Source: Catajapyx aquilonaris (lineage: Eukaryota). From it: a stretch of 43,593 nucleotides of DNA. This document shows positions 22,632-32,896 of the stretch, one piece after another; within the stretch, counting starts at the first letter, position 1; each line of letters starts with the position of its first letter. Below the pieces are notes generated by a model. The model ran no database searches and was not told the DNA's origin. It saw only the letters and a program-made list of their open reading frames with translations. The stretch spans positions 124,001-167,593 of the forward strand of contig KZ537995.1 of NCBI GenBank assembly GCA_000934665.2, read 5' to 3'. Both the position numbers and the translations under genes were made by a program.

Positions 22632-25600
22632 ATGAGCAGATACATCCCACCTGGTGTCAAGCTGCCCTTCAAGCACCTTCCACTTCCCACTGGTAAAAGG
22701 CACCCATAGACTTTATATCACTCCCTCCTGTACAACTTTTTTTTCTTCTTCCCCTCTTTAAAGGAAAGTATCCAGTGGGATGTGTTGACATCATGACAGA
22801 ATATTCAAAGGAGGGAACCTTCATGCGATTGTACTACCCCACTACAGATGCAAATATTGAGGTATTTTTTTTTTGTTTCGTTCATGTCAAATTATTATTG
22901 AGCATTTCCCCAATTCACTGTATAACTGATACGTTTTGAGAAAAAATCATTCACGTTAATGCCAGTGATTTTTGTACAGTAGGTTTTTAATTGTTCACAT
23001 TGATTAATAAAAACTATTGCATTATAAATTGACAATATTTAAAGTATTCATTGAAATCAGTATAAGTTAATTAATATTTCTAACCGAGCTGCAATTTTAA
23101 TGATATTTTTCATCCACCTAAGGAACTATGTTGTAATTGGCCTGATTGGATCCCCAGCAAGGAATATATTGAAGCATATGGGAAACTCTGGAATTCATGG
23201 TCCATATTCATGAACTTTATATATGAATGGGTTTTGGGTAAGGAATCTTTATTTAATTGTCTTTTAAAAAATAATGATAAGCCCCTTTTTATGACTAAAC
23301 GCACTGTGTTCATTACAATTGGCAACCACAGGTGCTCATATGAGCATCTATGGTTGCCAATTGTGATATGGTAAAATAGGGCAATGAACTTTAGACGTGA
23401 TGATGATGATGATCATGCAAGAGTCGAGATTTTGCCAAAATGAAAAGTGTACCATGCAAAGTTCTACCTATGCTACATGTCTGCTCCTCTGGAACACTAT
23501 CTATAGGGCATATGTCAATTTAATTCAGTTCCAGTTTTAGTGAGCAATTGGCTTCTGATCTCTGAAAATAGGGTATCATCTACCTTTGCTAGAAAAGTGA
23601 CTGTTAAAAGTGTCTAATGTTTCTAGTGCCTCTTGTGACGAATTTAAATAGGTAAAATTGCTAATTCGTGAATTTAAGCTTGCATGCATTCTTGTGTGCT
23701 CAAAATGATGGATAAAGCTGACGAGTTTCCTTTTTCATCTAACATAATTAATAATAACATCTCCACTTTAAAAAATGTGCAATTCATAGCAAAGTGGATT
23801 CAGGAAGTGCCCTTTATGTAACAGTTATGTAACTGTGAGGAATTGATTGAGGCTTATTAGCTTTAACCGGCTTTAACTAAGGGTGAACCATGACTTCATG
23901 GAGCCCTAAGGCTAGAAGTGTTTTTTCAGAGGTAAACAATGGATGATGCAAGTGAATATTCATCATTTTGTATTTTTTTAAAAAAATGAGTTACAACATT
24001 GCATGACGTCAGGGTAACATAGCAAAAACCAAAGAGGTTCTTGACGTCAGAAACTGAGGTACTGCCCAAGTTTTAAACATGAGGTGATGAAATTCATGAT
24101 TAAGTCCCTGGCCGCCTGGCCCTGGCCCATAAGGAATTTGTGTAGTGGTGTGCCTGAAAACTGGAAAATTTGATTGATGGCTGTGGTTTATGCAAATTTG
24201 CAGGAAACAGGTAGATTATATGGTATGATATCCCAGATGACTTCACCATTTTCCTTGAGAAAAGGGACTTGTGAATTTTTTTCCCCATGGTGCAGAATAA
24301 TGTATGTGTGGGAGGTGGGGAATTAATGGCGGCATTCAATCTTGCTTACAAAGGTGCAGAGGTTTTTGTTATTGCAGAATAATGGGCAGCTGTCAATATT
24401 TAAATCACAGTTACATGCAAATTAATAACAGTGTCATAACAAAGCAGGTGAATGATTGATTTTATTTCCTTTTTTGAGGTCCAGTCAAAGTGCCTGCTGC
24501 AGTGGGTGCCCCAATGAGGCAGAAAGGCAAACAACATCGGGTTATAATATTTTCTCATGGATTGCGATGTTGCCGTACAACATACTCCACCACCTGCACT
24601 GAACTTGCCTCCAGAGGATTTGTGGTTGCGGCTGTAGAACACAGGTGTAATCATCAGTTAAAGTGTACCAGTACTTAAAATGATGTTCCTCATGTTTGGT
24701 GTTTGGCAGAGATGGAACAGCATGCATCACCTATCATTTGAAAAAGAAAGAAAAGGATGGACCAGTGAAGATTGAGTGGGTTCCGCACAAGTTCATTCCT
24801 CCTTCACAAAGGCAGTACCCTATTCGCAATGAGCAGGTTAATAACGGCAGTGTTTCTATCAAAAGAGCACATGATTTATGATAAGGCCTATTTCAGGTGA
24901 ATCAACGAGTGTCTGAATGCCAAGCTGCTCTGGAGTTGCTACACAAACTAAATGAAGGAGAGAAAATTGTTAATGTCCTAGCGGGTGACACTATGGAGTT
25001 CAAACAGTTTGAAAACTGTCTAAATTTGACTCAACCAATAATAATGGGGCACTCTTTTGGAGGGGCTACAGCAATCCAAGCTTGTGCCACTGATAATCGA
25101 TTCCGGTACATATGCCTTTTAAATATCATAATTAATGCAGGACTAATTAATTGTTCATTTTCGTAGTGGAGGGGTAATTTTGGACTGCTGGATGTACCCA
25201 CTGAAGGAAGATCTCAATAAGGTTGCACTAACCATAACCCAGCCTCTGTTGTTCGTCAACATGGAAGCTTTCCAAACAAAAACTAATCTGAGTATGATGA
25301 AGTGGTTTGAAGGTCCTGATAGGAAAGTCCTCACCTTGAGGTGAGTCGTAACAATAATTATAGTCCTAATTTCGGCAGACCAATACATTTTATCTTGTAA
25401 CAGTGGTACAGAACATACAAACCAAACTGATTTCCCCTTCATAAGTGGCTATTGGATTGTAAAGTGGCTTATGCATTGTGCAAGCAAGATGGATGAGTAT
25501 TTGGCCAAAGATCTTTCCAATGCACTGGCGATCACTTTTATTCAGAAGACGTTAGGTATGTGCATTGATTACCGCATCATTGTATTTTAATAGCACATTG

Positions 25601-25712
25601 TGCAATTCATGTTTCAGGTGATGCGATGTCCATTGACGTGCAGCAGATAATTGATAACCACAGAGATGATATCATTGAAGGCATTTCATTGCCTGATAAT
25701 AATCACCTGTGA
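22632..25712 (+). CDS. PAFAH2: Platelet-activating factor acetylhydrolase (PLA2G7/PAFAH2 family), ~398 aa (428 aa from upstream ATG 22542)
   Basis: Exons 22632-22692, 22764-22861, 23123-23237, 24479-24644, 24710-24836, 24897-25105, 25167-25340, 25404-25555 and 25618-25712 total 1197 nt in frame. Motifs: LPLPTGKYPVGCVD, RLYYP, FSHGL, ELASRGFVVAAVEHRDG, nucleophile GHSFGG, LDCWM (Asp) and GTEH.NQTDF (His). Probably co-orthologous to vertebrate PLA2G7 and PAFAH2. Confidence 0.93.
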
Positions 25713-25952
25713 TAAATATTGCATCAGAATCAGTGAGAATAGGTTTTTAGAATAGGTTTAGTATGGTTAGAATGGGTCTTATTGGTAATGGCTGCATTTT
25801 AATAATTTTCAATTATTATTGAAAAAAAAATCCCCTTTCATGCCAGGCATGTTGGGATCCACGTTAACCATTGCAGGATCTGCACAATCGTTAATTCGTT
25901 CACCCTGATGAAGCTTGCACTTGTCTGTTCATGTGCAGCACAGAATTTATTC

Positions 25953-26421
25953 CTAGGATATGACGTAACTGTAATTGAACCGTGGCATGAAGAATGGAGA
26001 TGCAAAAATTTGAAGCTTGCTACTTGCGGCCTGGAATTGATCCAGGGCCTCGGGCCTCCTGTCCAGCTTTTTGCACCAAATTAGCTGAAGGTGCTGGAGT
26101 TTGCGGCATCTCCTCACCAGGTCAAGCAGCTGGCCGTTGGTGACCTCGTCGGTTTCCACCAAGGGGAAACAAGTGAGAAGAGAGCAGCTCATCGCAATGG
26201 CCGATATGCAACTGATGTCGTCCAGCGCTGAGCTTCTCGAGGCTACCCATGACGTTTGGCTTGGAGAAAAATCTTTGTAAAGCCTGTGCATCAGTGCAGG
26301 AGTGGAACTTTACCAGGGTCAAGCTACGGAGGTTGTGCAGATTCCCGATCCCATCATGCAGGCCCGCATCGGTTAAGAGATGACAGGACTGGAATTTCAT
26401 CTCCTCCAACCGAGGGAAGCT
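25953..26421 (-). pseudogene. Frameshifted terminal exon of an F-box/LRR (FBXL/AMN1-like cysteine-containing LRR) gene
   Basis: LRR phrases LEEMKFQSCHLLTDAGL and LHNLRSLTL are in one frame; ISAIAMSC and VTNGQLLDLVRRCRKLQHLQLIWCKKL are in another, with the switch near 26225. There is an acceptor-like TTCCTTCTTGCAAG upstream and AATAAA right after the stop (25951-25946). No upstream exons were found in the window. Confidence 0.7.
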
Positions 26422-26461
26422 TGCAAGAAGGAAATTATTATACATAATACATGTTATGGAT

Positions 26462-26680
26462 AGTGGTGACCTGATTTTGGTGGATTAATTTGTAGTATAC
26501 AAATCTGTTGCACTAGCGGGTTCATAAGTCAGTAATTTTAAAATAAACATGATGGGGGTTTTGATGTGTATTGTGTAACTATTGGTTGCACGTTTCAATC
26601 ATTACTGTTCAGTGCACATAATGTACATATTTTTGTGGTTTAGTTCTAATTCTCATCATACTTGGGCAAATGGTACTTGT
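26462..26680 (+). repeat. Diverged duplicate of 20705-20754 + 21549-21735, lacking the hAT insertion
   Basis: GGTGGATTAATTT..TACAAATCTGTTGCACTAGCGGGTTCATAAGTCAGTAATTTT..TCATCATACTTGGGCAAATGGT aligns across both flanks of the MITE. Confidence 0.88.
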
Positions 26681-27045
26681 TTTCAAATCGTGCATGATCA
26701 GTTAGCCAATTGGCCGGCAGATGGCAGCCAACGTGCTATGTGGGTGCGAAGGTATTTCATAAAAGTTTCGAGCAAAAATTCCCCGCACATATTTGACCAC
26801 AAAATATAACAACTGGTTGAATGATTGAATTTATGCTGAAATTAATTAGTAATTAAGTAAAAAGTGTGAAACTAGTACAGATTTCGGTTTATTCTTTCCG
26901 TAGCGTCGGTTTCTTACTCGCGGGGAATTACCAGTAATAATCTTCAGATATTGTGGTAGGCCTATCTGTATCTGCCCACAGTTGTCACGTACTGTACTTT
27001 TCGAGTAGTGTACGTGCTGGTTGTGTAGACCATTATCCGGGTGAC

Positions 27046-27520
27046 ATGCCACTGAATGGAAGAGCAATACTGGAGGTGTGCCAGACTGTGGCGGAGGACA
27101 AGAACATGCGGGTGACATTCACGCAGTCAGCCAAGGGTGGACTTATCGCAGGGATTGCCACAGTTCTGGGCGGACTTGCTGGAGGGAGACAAGGACTCAT
27201 GCTAGGTACGACGACACTGTCATTACACCGTAAATGGTCCCCGTAATTGTTGCTATATTGCAGGGGCCTTGTGTGGAGGTGCGGCCGCCTACATGATGAC
27301 CGATGAGTACAAACCAGTCGCAGAAGTGATCAAAGACATGCCTGAAAACGAGCAGCGTTATTTGATCCAATCTGTCCGCAGCGTCGTGGCCGACCTGGAC
27401 GCCTATGACGCCGCCCAGCTTCTCTTCTTGATCAGCGGAAACGTCGACATCGCCTCTGAAGTGATTCAGGCCATTGTTAGTGCCATCGGGAAGCAAGGAG
27501 GGATGGTCGTCATGGACTAG
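27046..27520 (+). CDS. C19orf12: C19orf12/Nazo homolog, 138 aa
   Basis: Exons 27046-27205 and 27264-27520 (58-nt GT-AG intron, 417 nt). Sequence NMRVTFTQSAKGGLIAG..glycine-zipper GGLAGGRQGLMLGALCGGAAAYMM..YKPVAEVIKDMP..DAAQL. AATAAA at 27634-27639. Confidence 0.93.
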
Positions 27521-28245
27521 AAAAATGATGCGGTATACACACAAAATTATAATTATTGTTGCGAAATGACCGAATAATGTGCGGGGTTGTAATGTCTAAT
27601 TCGAGACGTGCATGTTGATTACAGTCTGTGCTCAATAAAAGTCGTTATAATTACAGCGTTTACGAAGCTTCACCGAAAAAATATTGCTGTATGCGCACTG
27701 CCATTAAACGCAAAATATACCGTTCTGCAAATTTCCCACGTCCTTTTTAATGCCTTCGTAATGTTTAGGGAAATGGTAATAATCTGTTACTAAAAGTGTC
27801 GAATTGCAGATGTGAATTGTTTGCCCCAGTAATCCCCATACAAAACCGTAATAATTTCTTGCCACTTGTAACATCATATTACAATAAATATTTGTAAGTA
27901 TATTTAGGAAACTAGTGACGTCATCAGTGTATATACTTGTTGAAAGTTATTGTGACGTCAGGGTGTACTGTACATATTTGTATTGAGTTGCGATTAATGT
28001 CCAGAGATGGAGCAGACTGTATTCAACCTCGTTCATGTGCAAAGTATTTCAGGTATTTACAGCCAAACATTTTACTGCTTGTAAATACTCCCAAATTTCG
28101 TTGCGTAATCGTGATAATGACATCTTAATCAAACCGGTTGGAAAAGAGAAAAAGGCACAGGACGATATATTTGCTCGTAAACTCTTGGAAAATTCCTTTC
28201 CGAATTTACGCAGAAGTAAAAAAAAAAAAAAAAGGGGGGGGGGGG

Positions 28246-28471
28246 NNNNNNNNNNNNNNNNNNNNNNNNNNNNNNNNNNNNNNNNNNNNNNNNNNNNNNN
28301 NNNNNNNNNNNNNNNNNNNNNNNNNNNNNNNNNNNNNNNNNNNNNNNNNNNNNNNNNNNNNNNNNNNNNNNNNNNNNNNNNNNNNNNNNNNNNNNNNNNN
28401 NNNNNNNNNNNNNNNNNNNNNNNNNNNNNNNNNNNNNNNNNNNNNNNNNNNNNNNNNNNNNNNNNNNNNNN
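28246..28471. other. Assembly gap (226 N) flanked by poly-G
   Basis: Run of n. Smaller N runs at 31090 and 36334-36341 also sit next to homopolymers. Confidence 0.99.
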
Positions 28472-30872
28472 GGGGGGGGGGGGAGTTCCATATCAGTTAT
28501 GGAAAAAAGGAGCACCCATTCCTCTGAGGTTCAATCCAAAAATTTCTGCAAGAAGGAAAGGCAACCACCGTGAAAAACCGGAATTAGAACTCCGGGCCTG
28601 CCTTCTCCGGATAGGACGTCTATTGCCTCCGATATTGCATCTTAGACCAAGCTGAAAAACTTTTTTTTTGCGGGGGTGGAAGGCGCACAGTATGGTCCAA
28701 ATTGTTCTCTTTGTACGGCACGATGACAATATGGAATGTACAATACTGGACATTAATGGTGGCGTCACGATCCGGTGGCAGCAATGGAGCTGCGCGAATG
28801 TAGGTGCGCTCTCGGTTGCGCTCGGAAAAAAAAATTGTAATACGATTCGCTTTTTACCGCCAACGGCTCATGGCACCATCAGTATGACACCCATTACATG
28901 AATGTTACCAATTGTATATATACAAAGAGTCCAGCTTCTTGACTGCTGAACAACATGCCACGTGTCCCAGCCTCTAATTTGAAGCAATACTGTGTCCGCT
29001 GACAGTGTATTGGGACACCGGCCAAATGTACCGCGACACACAATCGGAGTTAATGACGCAAGAATTGGGCGCGTTGTTTGGGACTAAAGCAGCGCCGACA
29101 CATGGGTTGGAAGTGCAACCTGATTTTTTTTTGTGTGTGTGTGTCTCCAAAAAGGACAGGTCCGGCCTACAAAAAAAAATTCGGAGTTTTTTTTCCGGGA
29201 GGCAATCCCCCGTTGGTGGTCCATGAACTCGGGTCCGGGAGCATTGTGTGCATCGTAATCCTTCGTCTCTCTAATCCTCTTTCAGTTTGGAAGCACCTTT
29301 TGTTTCTTCGGGAAGCTTTTTCAATCGATATTGCACAGCACACAACCAATTTCCAGTTGAGTTCGGACAGGTTACATTATTTTGGTGTACAGTCAATGTA
29401 CAGTATACAAAAAAAAAACACGATTCCGTGCTACGTACAGTATATGTGCCGGGAACACTACTGCTAAATTTAATTAGGCCTAATTGGCAATTCATAAAGT
29501 CATCTATTGATGGTAATATTGCGGATTATTTTTTTAAACCAGCGATTCACAGGACCAGCAACAACGGCTCATAATGTAACGAACGCGTGCAAATTGTCTG
29601 TGTACGTGTGAAATGTTTTGTTTAATTTGAATATTTTCATGACAACGCCCCATATTCACACCAGCCATTGCGTGCTCTTCCTCCACTGGCTGTGCATCGA
29701 TATTTTGCACTAGTTTTAGATTTGCATGTAAAACCTGCCCCACTTTTTTGGGGGGTAAAATACAGTACAGCCTGTCTGTATATATTCCGTGTATTCAATG
29801 GAAACCTGTTCAGTACGTTTTTTTTTTTTTTCCTTCATAAGATGGATATAGGTTCGGGGTTTTTAAAACTGAAGCAATTTTCAGGTCGTGCCGAACGTGT
29901 TCGTAGTGACAGGAGCCTCATTTGGAAATGGGGCTGACGTTCCATGATGAACGGAAGAGATTGGTAAGGCGGTCTCTCCACACACAAGGGCTGTGCATCA
30001 TATCATATACTAAAGCGGGATCGCAAAAAAACTCGGCTCAAACTTCGCATGTAGCAGATATTCCTCTCACTCACAACGTTCTTTCAAAAAAAGCGTATTT
30101 TTTTTGGAATAGTACTGTGGTTCGTGTGCACGCACCAATTTTGCGCTAAAAGTTGCATGGTCTGTACTGAGAAGATAAAAATGTGTAAGTGTGGGAAGTT
30201 ATCAAACAATTAGGGCATCGGCTTTACTTATCTGCATACAGGGTTTATGTTACAGGGAAACATACACGCACATGCTTAAGAAAATTTTAAAAAAATCCAG
30301 ACTTACTGGCTCATTATTTTGCCTGCTGATATACAGTTTCTAGAATGGGAAATCAACAGCGCATTAGGTTAGCTGTGTGAAAGGCATAGGATCTGGAGCA
30401 AAAACGGCGGGGAGAACATAAACGGGTTTCAATAGTCGCATCACAAGACTAGCGCTGTCCCATTTGTCGGTGGCAAATGGCTAATTCCAGGCCGCGTCTG
30501 GCACGCTGCCGCCTCTCTTCTACGTCGGGCTATAGAAAGAAGAAAAAAAAAACGGTTGGATTTTTGCATCGTCGGACTGTGAGCTCAGGCTGCGAAAAGT
30601 TTGAACCTGATCTCCCAGGGAAGAACTTGCCCATCGCAATTGGCGTCCCACCTAAATAATTGAGTCGAGGACAGCAGCCATTGAATTGGCACATAGCTGT
30701 CTGGCCAGGAGAAAAGAGCTGGGGATCTCAACACTTGGGGAGTCATGCACTAGGCCAGCTCAATTATTCACCAACCCTACGTCCTATATACGCTCCTCAC
30801 TATTTTGTATACAGTACCAGCCTTATTTGCGAATAGGATTTAAAAATTGCGTTTATATAGACCTATTTGTGT

Positions 30873-31034
30873 CAGTACTGGCCAATAATCGAGGCAACGA
30901 CTAGCGACATTTTCCCGAAGCGGCAGAAGAAGGAATCTTGCTCGCCCGGCTTGTAGCATGCTTATCTTCGATTCCTTCTTCTGCCGCTTCGGGAAAATGT
31001 CGCTAGTCGTTGCCTCGATTATTGGCCAGTACTG
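30873..31034. mobile_element. Tc1-like fold-back MITE (perfect 65-bp arms, 32-nt spacer)
   Basis: 30873-30937 is the exact reverse complement of 30970-31034. The terminus CAGTACTGGCCA resembles the Tc1 TIR start CAGTGCTGGCCA. TA is present on the right flank only. Confidence 0.85.
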
Positions 31035-32837
31035 TAGACTAATTTCCCAAATCCGAGACCAAGGCTGTAGTACCCCCCCCCCCCCCCCCNTTTTAAGGAC
31101 ACGTGCAAAGAGGCACTTATAGCCTTTCTATCCAACCGGTATCCAATAGTCTAGTCGAAAACATGTGGTGAAGATGCACTGGTGTTAGTACTGAGGGTTT
31201 AGCTTCTGTATAGTGTAGGAGGGGGGAAAAAAGAGGGGGGCCTATGGCAGAGGTGCGATAGTGCTGGGTTATAGGCGCCTTATCGCGGGGCCTCAGCCCA
31301 GGGGTTTTTTGGGGCAAAAAGGACCGCCCTTTTTGCAGGTCCACAATCGATCGAACCAGCCCCCTAGGGGACGGATGACTGCCCGCAGGTCAGCCAATTG
31401 ACCACCACCAGTCTCAGGTTACACCACTTCGCACTGGTTACATTACATCTGCTCCGAATAAATCTAAGTCTCGCAGGACCTGCGGTTGCACCACTGAACG
31501 TAAATCATCCAATCGATGGTGCTAACCCGCGGATGTTATTAACCGATATTGTAATTAATATATTTTTTAAAAACATAAAATTCTGTCGGTTTAGCGTTCT
31601 TGCTGATATTGACAATCGCGTGGTAGGCTATCCAAACTTTTTTTTTTCGTCCGGAATTTCGTGGGTGCTTCAACTTCACTTAGTTTTCAGCTCATTTGCG
31701 ATTTGTTTTTTTCCTGCCGGTGACAAATTGGCAGGAATCGGGGCTTGATGGGCCGCAACTTTTTAAGGCTGAGTAAAATGTACGGGAAACTATTAGCATC
31801 GCCTTTTCCGCCCAATTTTTTTCTCCAGCTAGTTGAAAAACTTTTTTTTTTTCCCCCTCGACGAATTTTCTTGAGCACCGTCTACTCTTGCAATGGATTC
31901 AACCTTCTGACTGAAGTAATGGCGACGTTATTTTTTTCCCCCTCTGGTAATGACTGTACATTTATTTGGGAGTATCAATTATTATTTTTTGTGTATAACC
32001 AGGGTTCAAGCAATGACAAGAATTATTGTAGGGCTTGGAAAAACATGTTAACTGCTACTACAATTGGGGTTAACATGTTTTGTCTCCCGAGCTCTTCAAT
32101 AAATTATTGATGATGTCATTTATCCATTTCAGAATGCAAATAGTGACTCGCAATTTTCAGCACTCGACATATTGTTTTAAGACGTGCAATTTTCGGCCAG
32201 TCTTAAACTTTCCCATGCGTTTTTATGACAATCTGAAGGAATCAGGCAGATTTTTCCTGCTCTTTTCCCATTTCATACTTTTTTTAATACTCAAGGAAAC
32301 TTGTTAAAGTAATCGATTTCTTAATAACCGTTGGCTGAGTGGTCAAAGTGGCTATAGGAAAGCCATCCATAAATTGCCAAAGGCTCACTATGAATTCCTA
32401 TGAAGTCTTCTGCTCCAGGGGGCTGTGGGAGGGTATCGGTGGAGAGGGGGTATAGAGGACAAGATAAGCCGGGCAAAGTACACATTTCAGTCGGTTTTAC
32501 GGCCGCGGTGAAGATTCCCCCGTCTTATTGAAACCATGTTTAAGCGCAATTCCGACCCTACATTGTTTAAGATTTATTGCTGCGGTAAGCTGGCTTAATG
32601 CACTTTAGGTCGCATTGTGGCATCAACGAGGGAATTTACAGGCTAAAGGTTCAATTTTCGGAGGGGGTGGTCCTCTTTTTTTTTTTTTAGAAAAAAAATA
32701 ATCTTTGAGTATTATTATGGCTGCAAGTGTCGATTTTCTCTTCGGGTGTTGGTCGAGAGAATTGGTTTTCCCAATGTTGGTCAGCTGGAGCTGTAATAAT
32801 TAGTTGCTGGAGAAGTCTAGACGTTTTAATTGTTGGA

Positions 32838-32896
32838 AATATCGGGACATGTTCGAGCACTCATTTTTGAAGTGTGCTCGAACCTGTCCCGATATT
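32838..32896. repeat. Short inverted repeat (23-bp arms, 1 mismatch, 13-nt loop)
   Basis: AATATCGGGACATGTTCGAGCAC / GTGCTCGAACCTGTCCCGATATT. Confidence 0.85.

Noticed and set aside
28035..28655. ORFs spanning the N run
   Set aside because: Artefacts of reading through the assembly gap.
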